Origin: Candidatus Thermofontivivens primus | Lineage (GTDB): Bacteria; Sysuimicrobiota; Sysuimicrobiia; Sysuimicrobiales; Thermofontiviventaceae | Length of the DNA: 64,000 bases | Reading direction: 5' to 3' | Assembly (NCBI GenBank): GCA_031458695.1 | Contig: JAVKJW010000006.1 | Coordinates: 35,785 to 99,784 of the forward strand | Shown: piece after piece, positions 9,393 through 19,205 of the stretch | How the letters are laid out: the number at the start of each line of letters is the position of its first letter | How positions within the stretch are numbered: position 1 is the stretch's first letter | The notes under the pieces: model-generated | Told to the model about the DNA's origin: nothing | Databases searched by the model: none | The model's input: only the letters and a program-made list of their open reading frames with translations | Program-made: the position numbers and the translations under genes

Positions 9393-10889
9393 TCATCGCA
9401 GTGCCGTCAAGATCCCCACCATGGCCACGTTGATCACGTCCAGGATCGGCTTCGGATAGATGCCGAAGAGGACCATGAGGAAAGCCAGCGGCCCAAGGGC
9501 GATCAACTCTCTTGGTTCCATGTCCGTGAGGTCGGCCCACCTAGGGTTCAGCGGCCCCAAGAAGATGCGCTGGATCGTCCACAAGAAGAAAGCCGCAGTG
9601 ATCACCACTCCTGTTAAACCAATAGCCGTGAGGACAGGGAGGATGGCGAAGGATCCCAGGAAGATAAGGAACTCCGCGACAAATCCCATGAGCCCGGGGA
9701 GACCCAAGGAGGCGAGCATGGCGAGGGTGGTGATACCTGTGTAGACAGGTAGTTTCGCTCCTAAGCCTCCAAAGTCGTCCACCCCGCGCGTATGCGCCCT
9801 GTAATCGTAGATCACCCCGACGATCATGAACAAGGCTCCTGTGATGATCCCATGGGCGATCATCTCCATGACCGCGCCGTTCAAGGCGGTGGCCGCTGCC
9901 TGCTTCAGGGCAGGGTTCCCGAGGGAAGCAGCAGCAGCCGCCGTTGCCAACATCACATATCCCATGTGGGTCACGCTGCTGTACGCGACGAGTTTCTTGA
10001 GGTCCGTCTGCGCCATCGCCACGAGGGCGCCATAGACGATCCCCAGCAAGGCCAGGATGGCTACGAGGTAGGCAACCTCCTTGAATACCTCTGGAAAGAG
10101 GGGAAGGCTGAACCGCACGAACCCGTAGGTCCCCATCTTCAGGAGGATACCAGCCAGGATGACGCTGCCCGCCGTGGGGGCCTCCACGTGCGCATCAGGG
10201 AGCCATGTATGGAACGGCCACATGGGCACCTTGATGGCGAAACTGAGGAAGAACCCCCAGAAAGCCAGGGTGGCAAGGAGAGGCTTCCCGGTAAGGGGTT
10301 GCTGGCGGATCAGCTCAAGGACGTTGAAGGTCCGCGGCTCGGCGTTGAAGTAAAGGATCAGGATTCCAAGAAGCATCGCCAAGCTGCCAACCAAGGTGTA
10401 TAGAAAGAACTTAATGGCAGCGTACTCCTTGCGTGGCCCACCCCAAATCCCAATGAGGAAGTACATGGGCACCAGCGTGATTTCCCAGAAGACGTAGAAG
10501 AGGAAGAAGTCCAGGGAAACGAACACACCGAGCATTCCCGTCTCGAGCAGAAGGAAAAGGAAGAAGTACTCCTTGGGGCGGAGGTCGATACGCCAGGAGT
10601 AGACGATGGAGAGAAGACTAAGGAGTGCAGTGAGGACGACGAGGGGGAGGCTTAGCCCGTCAATCCCCATGTGGTACTCAATCCCGAGACTGGGAATCCA
10701 GGTGACCCTTTCCACGAACTGCATCCCTGCAGCCTCCCGGTCATACTGAACCCAGACAGCGATGGAGAGGAGAAACGTGACCAGGGAAGCCGCAAGGGAG
10801 ATCTGCTTCATCAGCCGATCGTTCCTACCCGGAACCAGGAGGACGAGGATCGCACCAATCAATGGGATGAATACAATGGCACTGAGCAC
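9393..10889 (-). CDS. nuoM: NADH-quinone oxidoreductase subunit M
   Basis: IKVPMWPFHTWLPDAHVEAPT, LLKMGTYG, GFVAEF. Confidence 0.95.
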   Translation of the reverse strand: MLSAIVFIPLIGAILVLLVPGRNDRLMKQISLAASLVTFLLSIAVWVQYDREAAGMQFVERVTWIPSLGIEYHMGIDGLSLPLVVLTALLSLLSIVYSWRIDLRPKEYFFLFLLLETGMLGVFVSLDFFLFYVFWEITLVPMYFLIGIWGGPRKEYAAIKFFLYTLVGSLAMLLGILILYFNAEPRTFNVLELIRQQPLTGKPLLATLAFWGFFLSFAIKVPMWPFHTWLPDAHVEAPTAGSVILAGILLKMGTYGFVRFSLPLFPEVFKEVAYLVAILALLGIVYGALVAMAQTDLKKLVAYSSVTHMGYVMLATAAAAASLGNPALKQAAATALNGAVMEMIAHGIITGALFMIVGVIYDYRAHTRGVDDFGGLGAKLPVYTGITTLAMLASLGLPGLMGFVAEFLIFLGSFAILPVLTAIGLTGVVITAAFFLWTIQRIFLGPLNPRWADLTDMEPRELIALGPLAFLMVLFGIYPKPILDVINVAMVGILTALR

Positions 10890-11019
10890 GGTTCTTCCTC
10901 CCTCTTCATTTCAGAACCTTGGTTTTTGCACCCGATTTTTAATCGAAGACCCGGCGTGATGAACGCCGCCCACACCCCATTTCACTGACCACATTTCGCC
11001 AATACTGGGTTGGGCTCCA

Positions 11020-12936
11020 TTAGCGGAACACGCCGACCATCACCAGTACCAACACTCCGAGAGCGATGGCCAACAAGTAGTTCTCCGCCCTGCCTGTCTG
11101 GATGTACCGGAGGGCGCTACCCACCGTTTTGGTCACCCAGCCCACGAGATTCACAATCCCGTCTACTACGTAGAGGTCGAAAATTCGGTAGAGACGGCTC
11201 AGGATCACGAAGAGATATCCCACCGCGTTGACGATCCCGTCGATGACCCCCAGGTCGAACCGGAAGAGCAACTTCGCCAGGGCAAGACCGGGTTTGACGA
11301 TCACAGCCAGGTAGAACTCATCCCAGTAATACTTGTTCTTGACCAAGAGGTAAAGTGGGCGCAATCTCTGCTTGAGTGTCTCTGAGGAAAGGACCCGCCA
11401 GTAGTATAGGAGGGCTGCCGCAAGGACCCCCAGGAGCCCTACTCCCACGGAGACAGCCATGAGGAGCACGTCTACAGCCGGCTCACCCGCCCCTTCAAAG
11501 TGGATGAAGTGCTGGAAAGGACTACCCAGGAAGGGCGCTCCGACGAATCCTATAAAGGTCGCCCCCGTGGCCAGGATGACGAGTGGAATGGTCATCACGG
11601 GGGGACTCTCATGCGGGTGGGCCGTGTGCGTTCGCTGCTGGCCGAAGAATGTGTAGAAGATCACACGGAAGATGTAAAACGAGGTGAAGAACGCCGCAAC
11701 TAGCCCAAGAGCAAACAGGACCTTATCGCGGTGGAATGCCTCGAGCAGGATCTCATCTTTGCTCCAGAACCCCGCGAAGGGCGGGATCCCTGCGAGGGCC
11801 AAGCCACCAATCAGGAAGGTCCAGTAGGTGATGGGCATGGTCTCGCGCAACCCACCCATCTCCTTGATGTCGTTGGTGTGCATGGCATGGATCACGCTGC
11901 CCGCAGCGAGGAAGAGGAGAGATTTGAACACCGCCTGGGTCATCATGTGGAAGACTCCAGCGCTGTAGCCTAGGACCCCAAGCCCGAGCATCATGTAGCC
12001 GAGCTGGCTGATGGTGGAGTAAGCCAACACGCGCTTGATATCGTCCTGGGCGATCCCAATGGTCGCCGCCATAAGCGCTGTGAGGGCCCCAATGAGCGCA
12101 ACGGTCCTGAGGGCATCCGGAGCATGGAAGAAGATGGGGTAGGTCCTGGCTACGAGGTAGACCCCGGCGGCCACCATGGTCGCGGAGTGGATCAGGGCGC
12201 TGACGGGAGTAGGACCCTCCATCGCATCAGGGAGCCACACGTGCAGGGGGATCTGGGCGGATTTCCCAACTGCACCGCCGTAGACCAGGATGGCCGCGAG
12301 GGTCAGGAGGGGGCCGGCGAGCTCTCCTGCTTCTACTTTCTCGAAGATCGTCCCGAAATGCAACGTCCCCAGGGTGAAGAATAGGAGCAGGATCCCTAGG
12401 AACATGAAGAAGTCCCCGACGCGCGTCACAAGGAAAGCTTTTAACGAAGCCCTCGCCGCGGCCGGCCGTTCAAACCAGAATCCGATGAGCAGGTAGGAAC
12501 AAAGGCCTACGAGTTCCCAGGCGACATAGATCACTAAGAAATTGTTGGCGATGGTGAGGAGGAGCATCGAGCCAGAAAAGAGGGAGAGGTAGGCAAAGAA
12601 CCTGGGGTACCTTGGATCGCCGTGCATGTATCCGATGGAGTAGATCTGAATCAAGGTAGCAATGACTCCCACAAGGACCAGCATCATGCTGGCTAGAGGA
12701 TCGATGAGGAACCCAACCTCGATGGACCTCTCCCCGATGGGGGCCCAGCTCAGCAAGGTCTCGTACCGCGCTCCGCCCAGGACCTGGACGAACACCCCCA
12801 ACGCAAGAAGTGCAGAGAGGGCGATGGCTCCAATCGCCACATAGGCTCCCTCCCCGGGCAACCGTCGACCCAGGAAGATGATGAGCACGAAAGCGACGGC
12901 GGGGAGTAAAGGTATGAGCCAAGCGTATTGGACCAT
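11020..12936 (-). CDS. nuoL: NADH-quinone oxidoreductase subunit L
   Basis: GKSAQIPLHVWLPDAMEGPTPVSALIH; C-terminal transverse-helix region present. Confidence 0.95.
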   Translation of the reverse strand: MVQYAWLIPLLPAVAFVLIIFLGRRLPGEGAYVAIGAIALSALLALGVFVQVLGGARYETLLSWAPIGERSIEVGFLIDPLASMMLVLVGVIATLIQIYSIGYMHGDPRYPRFFAYLSLFSGSMLLLTIANNFLVIYVAWELVGLCSYLLIGFWFERPAAARASLKAFLVTRVGDFFMFLGILLLFFTLGTLHFGTIFEKVEAGELAGPLLTLAAILVYGGAVGKSAQIPLHVWLPDAMEGPTPVSALIHSATMVAAGVYLVARTYPIFFHAPDALRTVALIGALTALMAATIGIAQDDIKRVLAYSTISQLGYMMLGLGVLGYSAGVFHMMTQAVFKSLLFLAAGSVIHAMHTNDIKEMGGLRETMPITYWTFLIGGLALAGIPPFAGFWSKDEILLEAFHRDKVLFALGLVAAFFTSFYIFRVIFYTFFGQQRTHTAHPHESPPVMTIPLVILATGATFIGFVGAPFLGSPFQHFIHFEGAGEPAVDVLLMAVSVGVGLLGVLAAALLYYWRVLSSETLKQRLRPLYLLVKNKYYWDEFYLAVIVKPGLALAKLLFRFDLGVIDGIVNAVGYLFVILSRLYRIFDLYVVDGIVNLVGWVTKTVGSALRYIQTGRAENYLLAIALGVLVLVMVGVFR

Positions 12937-12971
12937 CTGCGAACCTCCGTTACCTCATCCTGGGAGGATCA

Positions 12972-13283
12972 TCACCACTTCAATAGGTTGATCTCATCCA
13001 CGTGAACGGTCTCCAGGCTCCGATAGGCAGCCATCACGAGGGCGAGCCCCACTGCAGCCTCGCATGCCGCCAAGGTAATGACCACCAGAGCGAAGACCTG
13101 TCCAGGCATCACACCTGGGGAGACATACCGGTTGAACGCCACCAAGTTCACGTTGGCGGCATTGAGCATCAGCTCGATCCCCATCAAGATGGCCACGGCG
13201 TTCCTCCGGGTGAGAACCCCGTAGAGCCCGATGGAGAAGAGGAGCGCGCTGAGCGCAAGGAAGTGCGATAACCCGAGCTGCAC
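12972..13283 (-). CDS. nuoK: NADH-quinone oxidoreductase subunit K
   Basis: [16 protein letters not shown] and [13 protein letters not shown] at 13283 follows a GGAGG SD. Confidence 0.93.
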   Translation of the reverse strand: MQLGLSHFLALSALLFSIGLYGVLTRRNAVAILMGIELMLNAANVNLVAFNRYVSPGVMPGQVFALVVITLAACEAAVGLALVMAAYRSLETVHVDEINLLKW

Positions 13284-13284
13284 C

Positions 13285-13782
13285 CTAGGATCCCTCCCTC
13301 CGGGCGATGATAATGGCCCCAATGAGGGAGACCAGCAGGACCAAGCTGGTCACCTCGAAGACCAAGGCGTAGTTGGTGAGGAGCGCCGTGCCGATGGCCC
13401 TGGCATTGTACCTGGGCATCTCCCCGGAAACCATGGGCCAGGGTGCGCGGAGGAGGACGAATAGAAGACCCCCGGCCAGCGCTCCTGCAACAAGGATCCC
13501 AAGAGGTACCTGCTCGTTCACCTGGCGCACGGGCAATCCCGTCCCACCGGCGGTGAGCATGATCACGAACAAGATCAGGACGGTGATCGCGCCAGCATAA
13601 ATGAGAACCTGAATCGCCGTCACGAATTCAGCCTGCAGCAGAACATAGAGCCCGCTTACGCCAAGAAACGTTGGCACGAGGGAGAGCGCCGCTCGCACAA
13701 TGTTGCGCGAGGTCACCACCACGATGGCCGGGATCACCGTCACCGCCGCCAGGAGAATGAATGCAGCCATCTCACCACGCAT
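13285..13782 (-). CDS. nuoJ: NADH-quinone oxidoreductase subunit J
   Basis: [26 protein letters not shown] and [15 protein letters not shown]. Confidence 0.93.
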   Translation of the reverse strand: MRGEMAAFILLAAVTVIPAIVVVTSRNIVRAALSLVPTFLGVSGLYVLLQAEFVTAIQVLIYAGAITVLILFVIMLTAGGTGLPVRQVNEQVPLGILVAGALAGGLLFVLLRAPWPMVSGEMPRYNARAIGTALLTNYALVFEVTSLVLLVSLIGAIIIARREGS

Positions 13783-13814
13783 ACGCCATCCTGAATGTAT
13801 CTTTCACTCATTAC

Positions 13815-14792
13815 CTACCGCGCCAGCGTGACGACAAGCCCGGTACCCAGGATGTTCAGGAGCCCGAGAGGAAGAAGCACCTTCCAGCTCAAGTTGAGGA
13901 GCTGGTCGATACGCAAGCGCGGGTACGTCCAGCGAACCCACATGAAGAAGAAAACAACCGCATACGTCTTGATGAAGAACCAAAGGATGGGTGGCAGCCA
14001 AGGGCCCCGCCATCCTCCCAGGAAGAGGACCGTAGTCATCGCCGCCATCGCGAGCATCTCCGCGTATTCGCCTAGCTGGAAGAGGGCGAAGCGCATCCCT
14101 GTATACTCTGCAAAGTATCCAGCCACAAGCTCCGACTCCGCCTCGGGGAGGTCGAAGGGGATCCGGTTGGTCTCCGCAGCTGCAGCGATCAGGAAGATCA
14201 GGAAAGCCAAGGGCTGCTTGAACACAAACCACACATCGCGCTGGGCGTTCACGATATCCACGGTGGAAAGCGACCCGGCCATCATGGCAACGGAGATGAT
14301 CGCGAACCCGAGGGGGAGCTCATAGCTGATGAGCTGGGAGGCAGAACGGAGGCCTCCAAGAAGGGCGTACTTGTTGTTCGAACTCCACCCTCCTGTGAGG
14401 ATGCCAATGACAATCAGGGAGGAAACAGCGGCGAAGTACAAAACGCCGATATTCAAGTCGCGCACAATGAGAATCCAGTCTCCCAGCTTCCCCCAGGGAA
14501 TGACGACATACCCGAGGAGGGCTGCAACGGTGACGATGAGAGGGGCAGTGGAGAAAACGAGGAAGTCAGCGTTGCGGGGGACAATGTTCTCCTTCTGAAG
14601 AAGCTTGATCGTGTCCGCTACGGTCTGGAGGATACCCTGGGGGCCAACGTGCTTGGGACCGACACGAGCCTGGATCCAGCCACTGATTTTCCGCTCCAGG
14701 TAGACACCCAGCATTGCCGCGAACACTGCCGCGAAGGTAAACACGATGACCGCGTACAGGCTCGCTTTCAGAATCTCCAGGGCCCAGGACAC
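13815..14792 (-). CDS. nuoH: NADH-quinone oxidoreductase subunit H
   Basis: ERK...QARVGP, ETNRIPFDLPEAESELVAGY, PRLRIDQL. Confidence 0.96.
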   Translation of the reverse strand: MSWALEILKASLYAVIVFTFAAVFAAMLGVYLERKISGWIQARVGPKHVGPQGILQTVADTIKLLQKENIVPRNADFLVFSTAPLIVTVAALLGYVVIPWGKLGDWILIVRDLNIGVLYFAAVSSLIVIGILTGGWSSNNKYALLGGLRSASQLISYELPLGFAIISVAMMAGSLSTVDIVNAQRDVWFVFKQPLAFLIFLIAAAAETNRIPFDLPEAESELVAGYFAEYTGMRFALFQLGEYAEMLAMAAMTTVLFLGGWRGPWLPPILWFFIKTYAVVFFFMWVRWTYPRLRIDQLLNLSWKVLLPLGLLNILGTGLVVTLAR

Positions 14793-14882
14793 CTGGCCGA
14801 TCGCCTCCCTCCCAGTGCGTCTACAAGCTCGTTGGGTTCATCAAACCTCACAGGATCGGACCTTCATCCAAGTAAAGTTCCT

Positions 14883-14979
14883 GTATAACCCCAGCAAATC
14901 TCTTGTCGAATTTTGCTGGGAACCCCTCTGAATTTCAAGAGGGGCCTCGGCAAAAGTCAAAAGACTTTTGCCGAGGTAC
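14883..14979. repeat. Composite of three palindromes (REP/REPIN-like) between nuoA and nuoH
   Basis: CCCAGCAAA-N13-TTTGCTGGG (14890-14920); CCCCTCT-N8-AGAGGGG (14923-14944); perfect 14-bp stem CCTCGGCAAAAGTC-AAAA-GACTTTTGCCGAGG (14945-14976). Confidence 0.75.
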
Positions 14980-15336
14980 TTAGACCCACTCCAGGGCGCC
15001 CTTCCGCCATGCATAGATGAACGCGAGGAACAGGATCGCGAGAAAAACGAACATCTCCATGAACGCAACCGCTCCAAGCTCCTTGAACACAATCGCCCAG
15101 GGGTAAAGGTAGATGACCTCGACGTCGAAGAGCACGAAGGCAAGGGAAAACAGGTAGTACCGCACGTTGAACTGAGACCAGGCCTGTCCAAAGGGAACGA
15201 CACCGGATTCGTAGGTAAGCAGCTTCTGGGGGTATTCCCCCCGTGGGCTGATGAGCCAAACAATCGCAAGCGGCAGGACGGCCAGGAGAACCCCAACCAC
15301 CCCAAAAACGGCCACGTACAACCAGTCAACCAGCAT
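14980..15336 (-). CDS. nuoA: NADH-quinone oxidoreductase subunit A
   Basis: TYESG loop, FDVEVIYLYPWA, WRKGALEW. Confidence 0.95.
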   Translation of the reverse strand: MLVDWLYVAVFGVVGVLLAVLPLAIVWLISPRGEYPQKLLTYESGVVPFGQAWSQFNVRYYLFSLAFVLFDVEVIYLYPWAIVFKELGAVAFMEMFVFLAILFLAFIYAWRKGALEWV

Positions 15337-15394
15337 CTTTGCTCCACTCGGTGCAGTGTGGAAAGGGCTTTGGGCAACGAGCGTCGCCCTGCAA

Positions 15395-15423
15395 ATCTTA
15401 GTATGTTCCCCCCTCCTTGTCAA
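15395..15423 (-). promoter_or_regulatory. Sigma70-type promoter for nuoA; -35 overlaps the yvcK stop codon
   Basis: TTGACA (15423-15418), 17 bp, TAAGAT (15400-15395). Confidence 0.7.
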
Positions 15424-16733
15424 GGAGCAGGTGCTCCGGTCCCGAGGGATTTCCTATCCCCGACGGCAGGAGCCTTCACCTGCCGGTAAAGACGTATTGC
15501 CGCCCTGGCGAGCTTCCGGGGATCGTGGCGTAGCAGGACCTCCTCGCTGATCAGGTCCTCCACGACGGGAATAAACCCCATCCTCCGGATCTTCTCAACG
15601 TCCGCGGCCACCGGGGTTGCGCCCTCTTGCTGGTATCGTCGGAGCAGCATCTGGCTCTGAGGGGAACGCCCGTTCACCAGAACGTGCGTGAACAGGCCAT
15701 CACCTGCGGCGTCAAGGATCGCCTGAACATGATCGGAGGCCGTAAACCCATCGGTCTCCCCTGGCTGGGTCATTACGTTGCAGACGTAGACCTTTACCCC
15801 AGGCGCAGAGCGGATGGCATCCGCCATGCCTTGGACGAGAAGGTTGGGAATCACGCTGGTGTACAGGCTTCCCGGGCCCAAAAGGAGGAGATCCGCTTCG
15901 AAGATCGCTTCCAAGACCTCCGGAAGGGGAGAGGCGTGAGGGGGCTCGAGGAAGACTCGACGGATCCGCTTCCGAACTTTTGGAATGTTCGACTCCCCCA
16001 CCACCAAAGTCCCGTCCTCGAATTCCGCGCATAGGAGAACGTCCTGGGTGGTCGCAGGAAGGACTCGCCCGCGGATATTCAGAACCTTGCTACACTCTTG
16101 GATCGCTGTTTCCAGGTCGCCGGTGATCCCCACCATGGTTGCGATGAACAGGTTGCCGAAGGCGTGCCCATTGAGAGCGCCGCCAGGGAAACGGTATTCG
16201 AACAGTTTAGTCATGAGCGGCTCTACCTCAGCCAGGGCGACCAGGCAATCCCGGAGATCCCCGGGAGGCAGAATATTCAGCTCGCGGCGGAGGCGACCTG
16301 AACTCCCGCCATCGTCAAAGACGGTCACCACGGCGGTGATGTTGGCTGTGTACTGCTTCAACCCACGGAGCAGGGTGGAAAGCCCCGTCCCTCCCCCAAA
16401 GGCGACTATCTTTGGACCCCGGTGCAACTGGCGCTCCTTGGAGAGGATTTCCACGAGGTGAGGATCGCCACGAGGAAGAAGGGCACCTGCAATTGCCTTC
16501 ACCACCCCTCGCACACCGAATGCAACGAGCCCAGCGCCCGCCAGGATCCATAGGAATCCAGCGAAGACAACGAAGGCATCCTCACGGAAGAGGAGGAGCC
16601 GCGCCAACGGGCCGCCCGCGAGGAGAGCGATCCCTACCCCTATGCCAATGGTTCCAGCGCACAGGAGGAAAATCCACCGTTTCACCCCCAGCCCAGGGAG
16701 GAGCCACTTTACCCAGCTCCGTATCCGCATCAT
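15420..16733 (-). CDS. yvcK: YvcK/GlmR (CofD-like) gluconeogenesis factor with N-terminal membrane segments
   Basis: GGGTGLS, DDGGSSGRLR, PPGDLR, GPGSLYTS, NVMTQPGET; ATGA overlap with rapZ. Confidence 0.92.
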   Translation of the reverse strand: MMRIRSWVKWLLPGLGVKRWIFLLCAGTIGIGVGIALLAGGPLARLLLFREDAFVVFAGFLWILAGAGLVAFGVRGVVKAIAGALLPRGDPHLVEILSKERQLHRGPKIVAFGGGTGLSTLLRGLKQYTANITAVVTVFDDGGSSGRLRRELNILPPGDLRDCLVALAEVEPLMTKLFEYRFPGGALNGHAFGNLFIATMVGITGDLETAIQECSKVLNIRGRVLPATTQDVLLCAEFEDGTLVVGESNIPKVRKRIRRVFLEPPHASPLPEVLEAIFEADLLLLGPGSLYTSVIPNLLVQGMADAIRSAPGVKVYVCNVMTQPGETDGFTASDHVQAILDAAGDGLFTHVLVNGRSPQSQMLLRRYQQEGATPVAADVEKIRRMGFIPVVEDLISEEVLLRHDPRKLARAAIRLYRQVKAPAVGDRKSLGTGAPAP

Positions 16734-17602
16734 GAGGACTCCTTTTTCATATCCCGGTGCTTGACCCGCACCTGATGCCCCCGCTCGCGGAGGAATTTGG
16801 CCAGCTCCTCCCCCAACACGACGGAGCGGTGTCGGCCTCCTGTGCACCCGAGCGCGATGGTGAGGTGAGACTTCCCTTCCCGCGCGAACTGGGGGAGGAG
16901 GAACATAAGCATCTCGTGGAGACGCTGGAGGAATTCCTGCGTCGCCTCCTGGGAGAGAACGAACTCCCTGACCTCCGGGCTCGTCCCAGGGAGCGGCCGC
17001 AACGCCTCCTGGTACTGGGGGTTGGGAAGGAATCGCACGTCCAGGACAAGGTCTGCATCCAGCGGGATCCCGAATTTGTACCCAAAGGTCACGATGCTGA
17101 TCGCTGGCCCTCTCTCGCGGTCAGCACGCACAAAGGTCTGGATGATCTCCTCCCGGAGGTCGTGGACGCTCATGGTGGAGGTGTCGATGATCTTGGCTGC
17201 TTGCTCTTTCAGCCGCTGGAGGCGTTTGCGCTCGAGCTGGATCCCCTCGAGGACGCTCCCCGCAGTCGCAAGAGGATGCTTCCGACGTGTCTCCTTGAAG
17301 CGGCGCACCAGAACATCATCAGAAGCCTCTAGAAACAGGATCTCGTAGGGGAACCCCTTTTCTTCTAAGTATGCCAGGGCGTCGAAGAGATCCTCGAAGA
17401 ACTCCCCACCCCGGATATCCATCACAAGGGCAACCCGGCGCAATCGTCCTTCAGACTGGGAGATAAGCTCCGCGAACTTGGGCAGAAGGGCAGGAGGAAG
17501 GTTGTCCACACAGAAATAGCCCAGGTCCTCAAAAACCCTCATTGCATGGGACTTTCCTGCCCCTGAGAGGCCTGTGATAATGACAAAGGAAATCTCTGAC
17601 AC
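16730..17602 (-). CDS. rapZ: RNase adapter / P-loop protein RapZ (YvcJ)
   Basis: GLSGAGKS, CVDNLP, DVRFLPNP, GCTGGRHRSV. GTG start at 17602. Confidence 0.94.
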   Translation of the reverse strand: MSEISFVIITGLSGAGKSHAMRVFEDLGYFCVDNLPPALLPKFAELISQSEGRLRRVALVMDIRGGEFFEDLFDALAYLEEKGFPYEILFLEASDDVLVRRFKETRRKHPLATAGSVLEGIQLERKRLQRLKEQAAKIIDTSTMSVHDLREEIIQTFVRADRERGPAISIVTFGYKFGIPLDADLVLDVRFLPNPQYQEALRPLPGTSPEVREFVLSQEATQEFLQRLHEMLMFLLPQFAREGKSHLTIALGCTGGRHRSVVLGEELAKFLRERGHQVRVKHRDMKKESS

Positions 17603-17824
17603 AATACTCCCCGTCTCTCCCAGATGCTTGGTCCCTTCCCTCCCAATTCGACAGGAAGGGTGCTCCCCCTTTTCCAAAGAAGACCCTTCCCTGTCCATAG
17701 GAGGCCGATAGAGGGTCCCATCCGTCAAAGGCCCCATAGCTTGGAGCGAAAACCTCTGAGATCCATTCGGAAGAGGGAGGAGCCCACCAGCAAAAGTCGA
17801 AAACTTTCCCGGGGTACGGAAACC

Positions 17825-19198
17825 ATGGACGTGATCGATACCTATGTGGAGAACCAGCAACAGCGTTTCCTCGAGGATTTGATCGCCTGGCTGAGAATCC
17901 CAAGCATCAGCACGCTCCCTTCCCACCGCCCTCATATAGAGGAGGCCGCCCGTTGGTTACGGGACCACCTTCATGCCCTGGGGTTCCAAGCAGAGATCAT
18001 CCCAACCGAGGGGCATCCCTTGGTGTACGCCGAGCACGGGAAGGATCAGGGGAAGCCGACGGTCTTGATGTACGGTCACTATGACGTCCAGCCTCCGGAT
18101 CCCCTCGAGAAATGGCGAACTCCCCCCTTCGAACCGGTGATCGAGGAGGGCTATGTGTACGCCCGCGGAGCTTCGGACGATAAGGGGCAAGCGCTTATCC
18201 CCATCCATGCGACAGAAACCTTACTCCGCACCTCCGGGGCCCTCCCCGTCCATGTCAAGGTCCTTGTCGAAGGGGAGGAAGAGATTGGAAGTCCCAACAT
18301 CGGATCCTCCCTGAGGGCACACCGGGAGATGCTGAAAGCCGATGTAGCCTTGGTCTGCGACACCGCCATGTTCGCCAAGGATCTCCCAACCCTTGTCACT
18401 GGTTTACGGGGCCTCCTGTACACAGAGGTGGAGGTAGAGGGTGCCTCCCGGGACTTACATTCGGGGCAGTATGGGGGAGCCGCCCCCAACCCACTGAACG
18501 CGCTTGCCAAGATCCTCTCAGGCCTCGTCAACCGGAAGGGACGCGTCACGATCCCTGGATTCTACACCCGGGTGAAACCGCCAGCCCCAGAGGAACGCCG
18601 CATGTGGGCCTCCCTTCCCTTTCGCGAGGACGCATATCTCCAGGAACTCGGAGTGGATGCGGCGCCAGGGGAGGAAGGGTTTACTGTGCTGGAGCGCCGT
18701 TGGGTGCGCCCCACGCTAGACGTCCACGGGATTTCAGGAGGGTTCACAGGAGAAGGGATCAAAACCGTGATCCCAGCCCGTGCGACGGCGAAGATCAGCA
18801 TGCGCCTCGTCCCAGACCAGGACCCAGAGGAGATCGCCAGGAGGTTCGCCCGGAAGGTCCACCGGCTTGCGCCGCCGGGTGTCCGCGTCCAGGTGAGGGT
18901 GCTGGCTTCTGGACGGCCCGTCGTCGTGGATCCTGCGCACCCTGCTCTGCGCGCTGCCGCCCGCGCCCTAGAGGAAACCTTCAGACGCCCCCCTGTGTTG
19001 ATCCGGGAAGGAGGAAGCATCCCCGTGGTCTCCCACTTCCAGGAGATCCTCGGGATCCCTTCGGTCCTCATGGGGTTCGGGCTTCCCGACGATAACTTGC
19101 ACGCGCCCAACGAGCGTTTTTCCCTTGCCAACTTCTACAGCGGAATCCGCGCTGTGGCGCGATTCCTTCTTCACCTCGCAGAGGTCCTCCCTCGTTAG
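17825..19198 (+). CDS. M20 family dipeptidase
   Basis: YGHYDVQP, RGASDDKGQ, EGEEEIGS, GGSIP, HAPNE. Confidence 0.9.
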   Translation: MDVIDTYVENQQQRFLEDLIAWLRIPSISTLPSHRPHIEEAARWLRDHLHALGFQAEIIPTEGHPLVYAEHGKDQGKPTVLMYGHYDVQPPDPLEKWRTPPFEPVIEEGYVYARGASDDKGQALIPIHATETLLRTSGALPVHVKVLVEGEEEIGSPNIGSSLRAHREMLKADVALVCDTAMFAKDLPTLVTGLRGLLYTEVEVEGASRDLHSGQYGGAAPNPLNALAKILSGLVNRKGRVTIPGFYTRVKPPAPEERRMWASLPFREDAYLQELGVDAAPGEEGFTVLERRWVRPTLDVHGISGGFTGEGIKTVIPARATAKISMRLVPDQDPEEIARRFARKVHRLAPPGVRVQVRVLASGRPVVVDPAHPALRAAARALEETFRRPPVLIREGGSIPVVSHFQEILGIPSVLMGFGLPDDNLHAPNERFSLANFYSGIRAVARFLLHLAEVLPR

Positions 19199-19205
19199 AA
19201 CGACA

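Noticed and set aside
14882..14909. Possible nuoH promoter TCGACA-16-TATACA on the minus strand
   Set aside because: The -10 lacks the conserved final T and the spacing is suboptimal; too weak to call.
13804..15377. Alternative-frame ORFs near nuoH and nuoA as hidden nuoI or nuoB
   Set aside because: No CxxCxxCxxxCP ferredoxin motif or NuoB-like CCxxE motif; they overlap real genes.
17603..17935. Long N-terminal extensions of rapZ and the M20 peptidase in the ORF track (likewise metG, yvcK, HAD, glpK)
   Set aside because: They overlap each other, a neighbouring gene or regulatory RNA; SD-supported downstream starts match family N-termini.
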